From an uncultured archaeon (GTDB lineage Archaea; Iainarchaeota; Iainarchaeia; Iainarchaeales; 1-14-0-10-31-34), in assembly GCA_964608675.1 (NCBI GenBank), contig CAZSOZ010000001.1:128001-192000 (forward strand): a stretch of DNA of 64,000 nt, written 5' to 3'. A program made the translations under genes and the position numbers. Below the pieces are notes generated by a model, which searched no databases, was not told the DNA's origin, and saw nothing but the letters and a program-made list of their open reading frames with translations. This document shows positions 38,417 to 49,696 of this stretch, piece after piece; position 1 is the first letter of the stretch; each line of letters begins with the position of its first letter.

Positions 38417-38776
38417 TTATTTTTTCTTCTTTGACTTTCTTTTTCGCTTAACTGTTATCTCGCGATGATACAAGAGTTTTTGGTCGGTTGCGAAATCACC
38501 TGAATTAGCTTTCTTATTAGGCTGAAGTTTTGTTTTAAAAACTGAAGTGATTTTTCCTTTACTGACAAAATCAGGGTTTTTTTGTTTAAATGTTTTTCTT
38601 TCAATACTAATTTCTGTTTGAGGAGTATTCTTTTTTCCTTTACGCCAAGCAATGCTTAAATTCCTTTCTTTGCTTTCCGGAGAATCAAACTTTCTTCTTG
38701 ATACCGTAATCCTTGGTTTTTTTTTAGGAAAACTAAAAGTTTTATTTGAAATTCTTTTTTTTGGTTTAACAGGCAT
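38417..38776 (-). CDS. Basic orphan protein
   Basis: MPVKPKKR...; GGTGA SD. Confidence 0.6.
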   Translation of the reverse strand: MPVKPKKRISNKTFSFPKKKPRITVSRRKFDSPESKERNLSIAWRKGKKNTPQTEISIERKTFKQKNPDFVSKGKITSVFKTKLQPNKKANSGDFATDQKLLYHREITVKRKRKSKKKK

Positions 38777-38808
38777 TAAATCACCAAAATAAGTAATATT
38801 TTTAGCTA

Positions 38809-39462
38809 TTAAAAAACGTTTGCTTTTATGAATTTGAAGTTTTCTTTGTTTTCTTTTGTTCCTGAAACAATTTGTCCGTGACCAGGAAACAAGAATTCAA
38901 TTTCCAATTCAGAAAGCTTTTCAATTGACTGTTTGATGTCAAAAAAAGAACCAGACTCCAAGTCTGTTCTGCCTATAGTGTGATAAAACAAGGTATCCCC
39001 TGAAAAAAGCCATTTCTTTGAAGGCTCATAAAAACACAATGAACCTTTGGTGTGCCCTGGAGTAAAAATAACTCTTAAAGAATAAGGCGGAATGCTTATT
39101 AGCTGATTTTCATTTAAATAAGAATTGATTTTTGGAACAAAAGAATCTTCTTTTATTCTAGTGAATTCAGGGTTTTCCTGCTTCAAATGTTTTGCATCAA
39201 ATTTACTTAAAAAAATTTGTGCTTTTTCATAAATTTTATCTGCCTGAAAATGATCATAATGGCCATGAGTATGCAAAATTAAATCAATTTTGTCTGCAGT
39301 CAAATTTAATTCATTTAAAAAATTTAAATGAGCCTGCATTGCTGTATTTGTTCCTGAATCAATTAAAACGTTTTTGTTTTTACCTTTAATCAAATAAGCG
39401 TTGCAGGATAAATCACTTGTTTTAAACAAAAAAACTTTTGCAGCAGGATTAATTAAAGGCAT
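38809..39462 (-). CDS. Metallo-beta-lactamase-fold hydrolase
   Basis: THGHYDH, PGHT, SGD, PGHG. Confidence 0.92.
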   Translation of the reverse strand: MPLINPAAKVFLFKTSDLSCNAYLIKGKNKNVLIDSGTNTAMQAHLNFLNELNLTADKIDLILHTHGHYDHFQADKIYEKAQIFLSKFDAKHLKQENPEFTRIKEDSFVPKINSYLNENQLISIPPYSLRVIFTPGHTKGSLCFYEPSKKWLFSGDTLFYHTIGRTDLESGSFFDIKQSIEKLSELEIEFLFPGHGQIVSGTKENKENFKFIKANVF

Positions 39463-39515
39463 AACAAAAAAAAAGAATGAAAGGAAATTAAAAGATTTCC
39501 CAAACTTAATCTGGT

Positions 39516-40760
39516 ATGCATGAATTAAAAGAAAAAATACTTGCTTCAGGAAAATTAAGCGAAAAAAAATTAGAGGAAAAAATAAAGGAAAAAACAGAAA
39601 AGTTTTCAGGAATGCTTAATCAGGAAGCCGCCTTGTTTTTGATTGCAAGAGAACTGGGAACAGGCATAGAAAAAAAATTAATAAAAATTTCAGAAATAGA
39701 AAAAGGAAAAACTGCAAGCATAAAAGCAGAAATTCTTGCAGTTTACCCTGAAAGAGAATTTGAATCAAAAGGAAAAAAAGGAAAAGTAAAAAACGTTTTA
39801 ATAAAAGATGAAACCGGAACCGCTTACCTTGTTTTATGGAATTCAGAAACAGAAAAAATAAAAGAAGAAGACAAAGGAAAAGAAATAGAATTAAATGAAT
39901 TCATTTCAGATGAATTCAATGGAAGAATTCAATTAAAAAAAGGTTTCAGAGGAGAAATGCAATTAAAAGAAAAAACAAGAAAAATAAAAGAAAAACCAAA
40001 AAAAATTTCTGAAATAAAAGAAGGAGAAAAAGGAATTGTTTTTGAAGGAATTGTGTTAAGGAAGTTTCCATTAAAGGAATTTGAGTCAAAAGAAAGAAAA
40101 GGAATGCTTAAAAGAATTGAATTAATTGATGAAACCGGAATAATAAATCTTATTTTATGGAACGAAAAAGCACAAGAAAAAATCAAAGAAGGAAAAACAA
40201 TTCAATTAAATGAACTGAATGCAAGGAAAAGACTTAAAGGAATTGAACTGCATTCAACTGAAAACACTGAAATACAGGAAAAAGAAGGAAAAGAAAAAGA
40301 ATTGAAAGAATTATGCATTAAAGTATTAGGAAAAAAAGAATTAAACAAAGTAGTTGAAGGACAAAGGTTTATTGCAGAAGGAAAAATAAAAGAATTAAAT
40401 AAAACAAAATTATTGTTTAATGTTTGTCCTGAATGCAGTAAAAGCCTTAAAGAAGAAAAAAATTCTTTTTTCTGCAATAACTGCGGACAGGTCCTTAAAC
40501 CAGAAAAAAAACTTGTTGTTTCATTTGTTTTAGAGGATGAAACCGGAGAAATAAATTCAATTGTTTACGGAAAAAAAGCAGAAAAAATAATTGAACAATC
40601 AACAGAACAAACAATACAAGAAAACGAAGAAAAATTAGTGGAAGACATTCTTCAGGAAATACACCAAAAAATAAAAGGAAAAAAAATCAATTTTCTGGCA
40701 AAAGCAAAAAAGAATTCGTTTACAGGAGAAACCGAACTGGTTTTAGAAAAACTAATTTAA
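39516..40760 (+). CDS. rpa: Replication protein A (multi-OB fold with zinc finger)
   Basis: Three DETG OB repeats; CPEC...CNNC. Confidence 0.9.
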   Translation: MHELKEKILASGKLSEKKLEEKIKEKTEKFSGMLNQEAALFLIARELGTGIEKKLIKISEIEKGKTASIKAEILAVYPEREFESKGKKGKVKNVLIKDETGTAYLVLWNSETEKIKEEDKGKEIELNEFISDEFNGRIQLKKGFRGEMQLKEKTRKIKEKPKKISEIKEGEKGIVFEGIVLRKFPLKEFESKERKGMLKRIELIDETGIINLILWNEKAQEKIKEGKTIQLNELNARKRLKGIELHSTENTEIQEKEGKEKELKELCIKVLGKKELNKVVEGQRFIAEGKIKELNKTKLLFNVCPECSKSLKEEKNSFFCNNCGQVLKPEKKLVVSFVLEDETGEINSIVYGKKAEKIIEQSTEQTIQENEEKLVEDILQEIHQKIKGKKINFLAKAKKNSFTGETELVLEKLI

Positions 40761-41873
40761 TTCAATTAATTTTCCTTCAATTAATTCAAAGTTTCTGAAA
40801 ACAAAATTTCCGTCTTCTTCCTGAGTTCCCGCTGAATCCCATGCATACAAAAATTCATTGTATAATTCTGCTTCCTGTGAAACAATTATTGTAGGAATTT
40901 TTGTAATAGAATATTTTTCAATTAATTTTTGGCCTTCAAAAGAAGAAACATTCAATGTTTTGTCTTCAATTACTTTCAAACGCATTTGGCTGATTAATAG
41001 TTCAACCAAAACATTTGAATCAATGCAGTCAAAACAATTTTCGTCAACCAATCTTGTAATTTTCACTAAACCTTTTATTTCTCCTGAATCCAAATCAACA
41101 AAAGGAACGGCTTCCTCATAAATTAAAGCGTTTTCTTCATCATAGCCTCCGCCCTGAATCCAAATATAATAAAAGTACTCATATTCTAAAACATCCCCTG
41201 TTAAAATTACTGCAGGAATACTGGAAATAAAATAATAATCAATTAATTTCTGTGCTTCAGGAGAAGTATATTCAAGCGTTTTGTTTTGGTCAATAAAAAC
41301 ATTCAGGTCTTTAATGTAATCAATAAAAAGACTTAAGTCCTCGCATTCATTGCATGAAGAATCCTCAATTAAAAGAAAATTAATTAAACCTACAACCCTG
41401 TTTTCTTCAAGAGAAAAATAAGGAGGCTCAATATAAGTTAAAATAAGGACTCCGTTTTTTTCTTTTCCTATGTTTGGCCACAATTGTTGTAATTCTGTTC
41501 CCTGAAATTCTCCATTAACTATAAGAGAAGGCAGTTTTTTTATTTCATGCATTTTAATTAAATTTTGTCCTTCCTCTGAATTAGAATCAACTTCTTTTAC
41601 TTCCAAGACATTCAAATCAAATTCTGTTTTAATGGCTTCAACCAAAAAATCCAAAGAACTGCATTCCCTGCAGTCCGGCTTAATTAATTTAATTATTTTA
41701 ATAAAAGGATGCCTGTCTGTTTGATTTAAAATCTGATTTTGGTTTTCTGAGTCATTTAAATTATTGTTTGTGTTCTGCATAATCCAAAAAACAGAAACAG
41801 CAATCAAAAAAACAAGAACAACAACAGCAAAAAGCATCTGCTTTTTCGGAATCATCATATTCTGAGAAAACAT
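40752..41873 (-). CDS. Membrane-anchored protein with three thioredoxin-like CxxC repeats
   Basis: CREC, CNEC, CFDC, each followed by 'I...P' cis-Pro-like motif. Confidence 0.75.
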   Translation of the reverse strand: MFSQNMMIPKKQMLFAVVVLVFLIAVSVFWIMQNTNNNLNDSENQNQILNQTDRHPFIKIIKLIKPDCRECSSLDFLVEAIKTEFDLNVLEVKEVDSNSEEGQNLIKMHEIKKLPSLIVNGEFQGTELQQLWPNIGKEKNGVLILTYIEPPYFSLEENRVVGLINFLLIEDSSCNECEDLSLFIDYIKDLNVFIDQNKTLEYTSPEAQKLIDYYFISSIPAVILTGDVLEYEYFYYIWIQGGGYDEENALIYEEAVPFVDLDSGEIKGLVKITRLVDENCFDCIDSNVLVELLISQMRLKVIEDKTLNVSSFEGQKLIEKYSITKIPTIIVSQEAELYNEFLYAWDSAGTQEEDGNFVFRNFELIEGKLIELN

Positions 41874-42004
41874 AAACTAAATTAAATAAAAAAAGAAATA
41901 AAAAGAGAACCAAAAAACAACAAAAAAAAGTATGAATTTAAAGAGTTAGGTAAACAAAATATATTTAAAAATCTACATACTGCTTTTTTTTGTTTGGTGA
42001 TGAA

Positions 42005-42661
42005 TTGAGCAAATTAAAAGAAAAAACAAAAACTCAAATAAAAGAAAATTCAGGTTACGGAAAAATTATTGCAGGATTAATAGTTATAGGAGTTTTAGGC
42101 TTGCTGGTTTTTGGCGGGCCAATAACCGGCTTTTATTTGTTTGGATTAGATAACGCGCCAACAGGCAACGACGGCAGACCATACAAAGGAAATCCAAACG
42201 CAAAAATTGTTGTAATTGAATACTCTGATTTTCAGTGCCCTGCATGCAAATCAGGATACGAACATTCAAAAAACATAATAAATGAATTTCAAAATGAAAT
42301 AAGATTTGAATACAGGCATTTTCCTTTGACTTCAATTCATCCTTTTACATTTAAAGCAGCAGTAGCAGCAGAAGCTGCTGCAGACCAAGGAAAATTCTGG
42401 GAATACCATGATTTATTGTTTGAAAACCAAGACAAGCTGACAAGAAATGATTTAATTAAATACGCAGAACAACTTGATTTAGATATAGAAAAATTTACTG
42501 CAGTTTTAGACGGAAACGAAAAAGATACAATAATTCAATCAGATTTAGCTGAAGGAACAAAAACAGGAGTAAATGGAACTCCAACTTTTTTTGTTAACGG
42601 AAAAAAAATAGATAACTGGGGAAATTTAAGACAAGCAATATTGAATGAATTAAACAAATAA
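42005..42661 (+). CDS. DsbA/BdbD-family disulfide oxidoreductase
   Basis: EYSDFQCPAC, RHFPL, GTPTFFVNG. Confidence 0.92.
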   Translation: MSKLKEKTKTQIKENSGYGKIIAGLIVIGVLGLLVFGGPITGFYLFGLDNAPTGNDGRPYKGNPNAKIVVIEYSDFQCPACKSGYEHSKNIINEFQNEIRFEYRHFPLTSIHPFTFKAAVAAEAAADQGKFWEYHDLLFENQDKLTRNDLIKYAEQLDLDIEKFTAVLDGNEKDTIIQSDLAEGTKTGVNGTPTFFVNGKKIDNWGNLRQAILNELNK

Positions 42662-43801
42662 TTATTCAATAAATTCTTTAATTCTTTTCAGACCTTTTTT
42701 TATTTCATCCAAAGAGCAAGCATAACTCATTCTTACATAACCTGGCATTCCAAATGCTTTGCCCGGAACCAAAGCAACATGCTTTTCTGCCAGTAAATCA
42801 GCACAAAATTTAACGTCATCTTCTTGAATTTCTTTTATATTAAAAAAGAAATAAAATGCTCCCTGAGGCAAAATAAATTTGATTTTTGAATCCTTTAATT
42901 CTTTTGCAATAAAATCTCTTCTTTGCTTGAATTCCTGCACTTGTTTTTTTAATTCAGTTTCATCTGAATTTAATGCACCTAAAGCAGCTTTCTGTGAAAT
43001 AGAACAAGGGTTGCCGGTTGAATGGCTTTGAATTTTCTTTATTGCATCAGCAATTTTTTTAGTGGATGCAGAATAACCTATTCTGTAGCCTGTCATTGCA
43101 TGAGATTTTGATACTCCGTTAATTGTTATAGTTAAATTCTTTATTTCGTCATTCAAAGAAGCAATTGAAGAATGAGTTCCTTCAAACAAAATTTTTTCAT
43201 AAATTTCATCAGACAAAACAAAAACATTTTTTTTAACTGCAATTTCAGCCAACAATTCTAATTCTTTTCTAGAATAAGTTAAACCTGTTGGGTTGCTTGG
43301 ATAACTCAAAAAAACAGCTTTAGTTTTTGAAGTAATAGAATTTTCAAATTCTTCAGGCGAAAGCTTTAAAGAAGGATTTGAAGTAAAAACCGGTTTTGCT
43401 TCAGCCAATAAAACCATTGCTTTATAGCTTACCCAAAAAGGACAAGGGATAATTACTTCGTTTCCTTTATTGCACAAAACCTGAATAGAATTATACAATG
43501 CTTGTTTGGCGCCGGTTGAAACAATTATTTGGTCAAGAGAATAATCAAGTGAATTGTCTTTTTTTAGTTTTTCTTGAATTTTCTGCTTTAATTCAGTTAT
43601 TCCAGGAACAGCCGTATAATGAGAAAAATTTTCTTTTACTGCAGACACTGCAGCAGTTTTTGCTTGTTCAGGAGCATTAAAATCCGGTTCTCCTGCAGAA
43701 AAATTCAATACATCTATGCCTTTCTGCTTTAATTCAATTGCTTTTGCGTTAATTGCAAGAGTCTCTGAAGGCTTTAATTCTAAAAACTTGTCTGAAATCA
43801 T
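42662..43801 (-). CDS. Aspartate aminotransferase (class I/II PLP enzyme)
   Basis: GEPDF, PSNPTG, DEIY, SKSHAMTGYRIG. Confidence 0.93.
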   Translation of the reverse strand: MISDKFLELKPSETLAINAKAIELKQKGIDVLNFSAGEPDFNAPEQAKTAAVSAVKENFSHYTAVPGITELKQKIQEKLKKDNSLDYSLDQIIVSTGAKQALYNSIQVLCNKGNEVIIPCPFWVSYKAMVLLAEAKPVFTSNPSLKLSPEEFENSITSKTKAVFLSYPSNPTGLTYSRKELELLAEIAVKKNVFVLSDEIYEKILFEGTHSSIASLNDEIKNLTITINGVSKSHAMTGYRIGYSASTKKIADAIKKIQSHSTGNPCSISQKAALGALNSDETELKKQVQEFKQRRDFIAKELKDSKIKFILPQGAFYFFFNIKEIQEDDVKFCADLLAEKHVALVPGKAFGMPGYVRMSYACSLDEIKKGLKRIKEFIE

Positions 43802-43870
43802 TTTTTTTGCCTCTAAAAAGAAAAAAAATATTGTAGAAAAAGTGTTTTAAAATCAACGGCAGAATGCCAT

Positions 43871-43963
43871 AGAAAGTATTTAAAATGCACGGAGTTTATT
43901 TGTATTAGCACAAACCAAAGGGTGAGTTCAGCCAAAAACAATAACCCGAAAAGGTTTTAGTGC
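43871..43963 (+). promoter_or_regulatory. radA BRE/TATA and structured 5' leader
   Basis: AGAAAG-TATTTAAA at 43871-43884; nested stem GCAC-AAACC...GGTTT-(TA)-GTGC ending at the AGGAGA SD. Confidence 0.55.
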
Positions 43964-43976
43964 AGGAGATGAAAAA

Positions 43977-44981
43977 ATGGCGGAAAAAAAAAACAAAACT
44001 ACAATTACAGCTGATTCTGAAAGCGAAATAAGCAAACCAGAAAAAAAAATTAAAAATATTTCTGACTTGCCTGGAGTAGGAACAACTTCTGCTGAAAAAT
44101 TAATTGCTGCAGGATATAAAAGCATGGAAAGCATTGCTGTTGCTTCTCCAGCAGAATTAATGGAAGCCGCAGGCTTAGGAGAAATTACTGCAACAAAAGC
44201 AATTAATGCTGCCCGAGAGTCTTTAGAAATGGGTTATGAATCAGCAGACAAAATTCAAGAAAGAAGAAAAAGCATTGGAAGAATTACAACAGGTTCAAAA
44301 GAAGTTGACGAATTAATTGGAGGCGGAATCGAAACCCAAAGCATTACAGAAGTATACGGACAATATGCTGCAGGAAAAACTCAATGGTGCTTTCAGCTTG
44401 CTGTAACAACTCAACTGCCTGAAGAACAAGGCGGATTAGAAGGAAATGTTTTGTATATTGATTCAGAAAATTCTTTCAGACCTGAAAGAATTATAGGAAT
44501 AGCAAAAAAATTTGGATTAAATGAAGAAGAAGTACTAAAAAACATTTTTGTTGCAAGAGCATTTAATTCAGACCACCAAATGGTTTTATCAGAAAAAGCT
44601 GAAAGCATGATAAAAGAAAAAAACATAAAATTAGTAATAGTGGATTCCTTAACCTCGCAATTTCGAGCAGAATTTATTGGAAGAGGAACATTAGCAGGAA
44701 GACAACAGAAATTAAACAAACACATGCATACTTTAATGAAATTAGCTGAAATGAACAATATTGCCTTATTAGTAACAAACCAAGTTATGTCCCGCCCAGA
44801 CATATTGTTTGGAGACCCAACTGCTCCAATCGGAGGACACGTAGTAGGACATGCAAGCAAAACAAGAATTTATTTAAGAAAAGCAAAAGGAGAAAAAAGA
44901 GTTGCAAAACTAGTTGACAGCCCTTCACTGCCGGACGGAGAAGCAGTTTACAGGGTAACAGAAAACGGATTAGAAGACTGA
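43977..44981 (+). CDS. radA: DNA recombinase RadA
   Basis: HhH N-domain, [32 protein letters not shown]. Confidence 0.97.
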   Translation: MAEKKNKTTITADSESEISKPEKKIKNISDLPGVGTTSAEKLIAAGYKSMESIAVASPAELMEAAGLGEITATKAINAARESLEMGYESADKIQERRKSIGRITTGSKEVDELIGGGIETQSITEVYGQYAAGKTQWCFQLAVTTQLPEEQGGLEGNVLYIDSENSFRPERIIGIAKKFGLNEEEVLKNIFVARAFNSDHQMVLSEKAESMIKEKNIKLVIVDSLTSQFRAEFIGRGTLAGRQQKLNKHMHTLMKLAEMNNIALLVTNQVMSRPDILFGDPTAPIGGHVVGHASKTRIYLRKAKGEKRVAKLVDSPSLPDGEAVYRVTENGLED

Positions 44982-45070
44982 ATGCACAGTTCCGGCTGTG
45001 CAGCACATGCCACACATGAAGCCGTTTTAGCGCCACTTTATGTGGTACTCAAGCGCCAACCGACTGAATG
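44982..45070 (+). repeat. Dispersed GC-rich hairpin element, copy 2 (directly after radA stop)
   Basis: Homologous to 23568-23631; GACTGAATG direct repeat at 44976 and 45062. Confidence 0.9.
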
Positions 45071-45104
45071 TTTGTTTACTGTGAATTAAAAAAAATTTAA
45101 CTAG

Positions 45105-45673
45105 TTAATGTCTTTTTATTAACTTCTGAAAAACTCTTTTTAATTTGAGCCTGCTTGTTTTTTTGGCTTTGGATTTGCTTCTGTTCTGCATTATTTTTCT
45201 TCTAGTTTTTTGAATCATTTCATCTAAAGAATATCTTGCTGAATTAATTTTTCTTTTTTTAAGCTGTTTTCTTCTTTCAGAAGAAATGCTAATAAAAGAA
45301 GACAAATGAAACATTTCTTTTGCAGAAGGAAACCTTGTTTTTAATTCTTTTAATACAATTAATTCAAGCCATGAAGCAATCCCTTTTTTTGCAAAAATTT
45401 TTTGGTTTCCTTTTTTTCCTATAGGGGAATAATCCCCCATCCAATTGAATTCTGAAATACTTCAAAAGAAATGTATCCTATTTTTCGACCTAAATTTGTG
45501 CCGTTTGTTTCCCTGAATTTTTTTATTGCATCCCTTATTTCGCGGGAAGAAATAAAATTTTTTGATGGAATCCCTTTATCAATATAAAATGATGCAATAA
45601 ATAATCCTGTTTTTTGCTTGGAAGAAAAATTTGGAGAATAATTTATTTTTATTCCAAAAACTTTTTTTGCCAT
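45105..45673 (-). pseudogene. Probable single GNAT-like basic orphan split by a frameshift (ORFs 45419-45673 and 45105-45440)
   Basis: ORFs overlap at a G5 run; one extra G joins them; FAKKGIASWL resembles GNAT motif A. Confidence 0.45.
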
Positions 45674-45706
45674 AAAAAAAATAGGTTTTTGAATTAATTT
45701 AAATAT

Positions 45707-46360
45707 TTAGTTTGAGTGTTTTTCTTTTTCTTCGGCTTTCTTTTTGCTTTTGCCTTTAATTTTTTTTAATCTGGATAAATCATCTCTTTCCATTTCTTCA
45801 AGCCTTAAGCGGATAAAAGAAGCATTTTTTTTCATTTCAGGAATTACTTTAAATTCCAAAGCATTAACTCTTCTTTTAGTTTTGTCTATTTCTGTTAATA
45901 ATTTTCTTAAAGTGTTTTCTATTTCTGCTGCAACAATAATGTTTTTCAATAAAATTTCATATGATTCAGCTGCATCATCAATATAAGAAGAAGTTCCAAT
46001 TAAACCATAACCTCTTTCTTCAAAGGATTTAGTATTGTATTCTGATTTAACTGCAGGAACAACAACTCCCATGACATTTCGAGTTTTAACGTCAATTTCT
46101 GCTTTGTCTTTTAATGCAAGAGAAGCAGATTTAACTGAAACAGTTCCTTCAACTGCTCTAGCTAAATTTATTGCAACAGTAGCTTTCTTATAGTTATCAA
46201 CCATTTCTGATTTTGATTTCTTTGCTTCCTCTAACACTAAAAAAAACTCTTGAATTAAACCATCTCTTTTTCTTTTCAATAATGCGTGCCCTGAAGTAGC
46301 TAATTTAATTGCCTTATTTAATTTTATTAACTCGGATCTGGTTGGTTTAATGTCAGCCAT
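45707..46360 (-). CDS. atpD: A-type ATP synthase subunit D
   Basis: PTRSELI, LLKRKRD, KRRVNALE. Confidence 0.95.
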   Translation of the reverse strand: MADIKPTRSELIKLNKAIKLATSGHALLKRKRDGLIQEFFLVLEEAKKSKSEMVDNYKKATVAINLARAVEGTVSVKSASLALKDKAEIDVKTRNVMGVVVPAVKSEYNTKSFEERGYGLIGTSSYIDDAAESYEILLKNIIVAAEIENTLRKLLTEIDKTKRRVNALEFKVIPEMKKNASFIRLRLEEMERDDLSRLKKIKGKSKKKAEEKEKHSN

Positions 46361-46372
46361 AACACACACTAT

Positions 46373-47917
46373 TTATTTTTTCTTTTTCTTTTTTGAATTC
46401 TTTTTTGTTTTTTTGTTTGAGTTTTTCTTTTTTTGTTTGGTTTTTGGTTTTGATGAAGAAATTAATTTTGTTTCTTTTGGAGAAGAAAGTTCATTTGATG
46501 CATTAATTTTTGTTTTTTCTTCAGTTGAAAGTTTTTCTGGAACCTTGTCTTCTGGACGCTTGTTTTTATCCAAGTATTTTTCTATTAGTTCGTCGTCAAT
46601 TCTTGTTAATTCTGATTTAGATAATGAAGTTAGTAAATCCCACCCTAAATTTAAGGTATCAAAAATTGTTCTGTCTTCATATTTATCTTGTGTTATGAAT
46701 TTGTCTTCAAATCCATCTGCAAACTTTAAGTAGCTTCTGTCTCTTTCGCTTAAAGCTTCTTCTCCTACAATTGCCACAAGGCCTCTTAATGAACGGCCTT
46801 CAGCATAACCTGCATACAGTTGATTGGAAACAGCTTTATGATCTTCTCTAGTGTTTTTTTTGCCTATTCCTGCATTCATTAATCTTGATAAACAGGGGAG
46901 AACATCAATTGGAGGATAAATTCCTTTCATATGCAATTCTCTTCCTAAAACAATTTGTCCTTCAGTAATATATCCTGTTAAATCAGGAATTGGATGAGTT
47001 ATGTCGTCTCCAGGCATAGTTAAAATTGGAATCTGGGTTACTGAACCTTTTTTTCCTTTAATTAATCCTGCTCTTTCATAAATTGATGCAAGGTCAGTGT
47101 ACATGTATCCTGGATAACCTCTTCTTCCTGGAACTTCTTCTCTTGCTGCTCCAATTTCCCTTAAAGCTTCACAATAATTTGTCATATCAGTTAAAATTAC
47201 AAGAACGTGCATGTCATGTTCATACGCTAAATATTCAGCTGCAGTTAAAGCCATTTTTGGAGTAATTAATCTTTCAATTGCTGGATCGTTTGCTAGATTT
47301 AAAAACATGATTGTTCTTTCTAATGCTCCTGTTTGTTCAAAATCTCTTTGAAATTTTTGTGCTTCTTCATTTGTGATTCCCATTGCAGCAAACACAACAG
47401 CAAAATTTCCTTCAACTTTTGCCTGTCTTGCAATCTGCAAAGCAATATCATTATGAGGCAAACCTGAACCAGAAAAAATAGGCAGTTTTTGGCCTTTAAC
47501 TAAAGTATTCATTCCGTCTATTGTTGAAATTCCTGTTTGAACAAAATCTGTTGGAGAAGATCTAGCGTAAGGATTTATTGCTGCTCCAAGAATATCCATT
47601 TCTTTGTCTGGAATTATTTCAGGACCTGAATCAATTGGTTTTCCTAATCCTGACAAAACTCTTCCCAATAAATCTTTGGAAACCTTTAATTTGATTGTTT
47701 CGCCGGTAAATTTTACTGTTGAATCCCTGTCAATAGAAGAAGTTCCTTCAAAAACCTGAACAACAACAATGTCTTCAGATGAATCTAATACTTGTCCGTT
47801 TTTAATTGAATTATCCCCTAATTTTATTTTCACTAATTCTCCGTATCCAATAGGATCAGTTTTTTTTACGAAAACCAAAGGGCCTGCAATTCTTTCAATT
47901 GTTTTATATTCTTTCAT
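46373..47917 (-). CDS. atpB: A-type ATP synthase subunit B
   Basis: [28 protein letters not shown]. Confidence 0.97.
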   Translation of the reverse strand: MKEYKTIERIAGPLVFVKKTDPIGYGELVKIKLGDNSIKNGQVLDSSEDIVVVQVFEGTSSIDRDSTVKFTGETIKLKVSKDLLGRVLSGLGKPIDSGPEIIPDKEMDILGAAINPYARSSPTDFVQTGISTIDGMNTLVKGQKLPIFSGSGLPHNDIALQIARQAKVEGNFAVVFAAMGITNEEAQKFQRDFEQTGALERTIMFLNLANDPAIERLITPKMALTAAEYLAYEHDMHVLVILTDMTNYCEALREIGAAREEVPGRRGYPGYMYTDLASIYERAGLIKGKKGSVTQIPILTMPGDDITHPIPDLTGYITEGQIVLGRELHMKGIYPPIDVLPCLSRLMNAGIGKKNTREDHKAVSNQLYAGYAEGRSLRGLVAIVGEEALSERDRSYLKFADGFEDKFITQDKYEDRTIFDTLNLGWDLLTSLSKSELTRIDDELIEKYLDKNKRPEDKVPEKLSTEEKTKINASNELSSPKETKLISSSKPKTKQKKKNSNKKTKKNSKKKKKK

Positions 47918-47953
47918 TCATTACACCTCTTAATTCCCCAAAAATAATTCAAA

Positions 47954-49696
47954 TTATTTTGCAATTGATTTGAATTCCTGTTTCATTTCCTCCATTATTT
48001 TATTTAATTCTTTTTCAAAATTTTCTTCTTTAACAAAAGCAATTTTTGTTAACTTTGATTTAGATTCCATTTTAACAATGCTTTCAACTGGAACACCTAC
48101 TTCAACTGCAGTGTTTGCCTGCTCTGAAAAAGAAACAATTCCTTTCAGAATTCCATACTGTTTTTTTAAACTGCAGTAAGAGTCAACTTCATGGAAAGCG
48201 TTCTGTTGAAGAAATCCTTCTCTTATTAGTCTTGCGGTTTCCATAGTTAATCTTTCTTTTTCCGGCAAAGCATCAGAACCAATTAATTGAACGATTTCCT
48301 GCAAAGAAGATTCTTTCTGAAGAACTTTCATTACCTGCCTTCGGATTTTCACCCAGTCTTCTGCAACATTTTCCAAATACCATTTTTCTAAAGTATCTGA
48401 ATACAAACTGTAAGAATCAAGCCAGTTAATTGAAGGGAAATGCCTTCTTTGAGCAAGTTTTGCATCCAAAGCCCAAAACACTTTGGTTATCTTTAAAGTG
48501 TTTTGTGTTACAGGTTCAGAAAAATCTCCTCCTGGAGGAGAAACTGCTCCGATTGCTGTAACCGAACCAGTTTGTTTTCTGTTTCCCAAAACATTAATTC
48601 TTCCTGCTCTTTCATAAAATTCAGATAAACGGGCTGCAAGATAAGCAGGATAACCTTCTTCTCCAGGCATTTCTTCTAATCTAGAAGAAATTTCTCTCAT
48701 TGCTTCAGCCCAACGCGAAGTTGAATCAGCCATTAAACTTACATCAAATCCCTGATCTCTAAAATATTCAGCTATAGTCATTCCAGTATAAACTGAAGCT
48801 TCTCTTGCTGCAACCGGCATGTTTGAAGTGTTTGCAATTAAAACAGTTCTTTCCATTAAAGGCCTTCCTGTTTTTACATCCATTAATTCTGGAAATTCAG
48901 TTAAAACTTCAGTCATTTCGTTTCCTCTTTCACCACAACCAATATACACTACAATTTCTGCATCACTCCATTTAGCTAATTGTTGTTGGGTAACAGTTTT
49001 TCCGCTTCCAAAAGGACCAGGAATACTTCCTGCCCCTCCTTTTGCAATAGGAAACAAGCTGTCTAAAATTCTTTGGCCTGTAATCAAAGGAATTTCAGGC
49101 ATTAATTTTTCTTTGTAAGGCCTTGGCAGTTTAACAGGCCATTTATGCATTAAAGAAAGTTTTTTTCCGTTATCCAAAACAGCAACAGTCTGATCAACAG
49201 TAAAGTTTCCTGATTTAATTTCTTTTATTTTTCCTGAAATAAAAGGAGGAACCAAAATTTTGTGTTCAATGTTTTTTGTTTCCTGAACTGTTCCGATTAC
49301 GTCTCCTCCTTCAACTTTGTCTCCTTTTTTTACGGTTGGCTTAAAACCCCATTTTTTTGTTCTGTCTAATCCCGGAATACTGATTCCTCTTTTAATAAAA
49401 TCTCCCATTTTGTCAACTAATCCAGGCAAAGGCCTTTGGATTCCATCATAAATAGTTGAAAGCATTCCAGGACCCAATTCAACCGACAAAGGAGCATTAG
49501 TGTTTGAAACAGGTTCCCTTGGTTTTACGCCTGAAGTGTCTTCATACACTTGAATGATTGTTTTATCTCCGTCAATCTGAATTACTTCACCCATTAATTC
49601 TTCTTTTCCAACTTTCACTAAATCAAACATTTTTGCTTTCAGCCCTTTTGCTGTTACAACCGGGCCGGAAATTCTGTATATTTTTGCTATTTCCAT
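47954..49696 (-). CDS. atpA: A-type ATP synthase subunit A
   Basis: [26 protein letters not shown]. Confidence 0.97.
   Translation of the reverse strand: MEIAKIYRISGPVVTAKGLKAKMFDLVKVGKEELMGEVIQIDGDKTIIQVYEDTSGVKPREPVSNTNAPLSVELGPGMLSTIYDGIQRPLPGLVDKMGDFIKRGISIPGLDRTKKWGFKPTVKKGDKVEGGDVIGTVQETKNIEHKILVPPFISGKIKEIKSGNFTVDQTVAVLDNGKKLSLMHKWPVKLPRPYKEKLMPEIPLITGQRILDSLFPIAKGGAGSIPGPFGSGKTVTQQQLAKWSDAEIVVYIGCGERGNEMTEVLTEFPELMDVKTGRPLMERTVLIANTSNMPVAAREASVYTGMTIAEYFRDQGFDVSLMADSTSRWAEAMREISSRLEEMPGEEGYPAYLAARLSEFYERAGRINVLGNRKQTGSVTAIGAVSPPGGDFSEPVTQNTLKITKVFWALDAKLAQRRHFPSINWLDSYSLYSDTLEKWYLENVAEDWVKIRRQVMKVLQKESSLQEIVQLIGSDALPEKERLTMETARLIREGFLQQNAFHEVDSYCSLKKQYGILKGIVSFSEQANTAVEVGVPVESIVKMESKSKLTKIAFVKEENFEKELNKIMEEMKQEFKSIAK

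Noticed and set aside
23568-45070. Hairpin repeat as CRISPR, SECIS or a known ribozyme
   Set aside because: Only two copies 21 kb apart, with no spacers or cas genes. One copy follows TAA. I could not find hammerhead or HDV/theta core motifs by eye.
43977-49696. Inteins in RadA or AtpA
   Set aside because: Both proteins are of normal length with continuous motifs.
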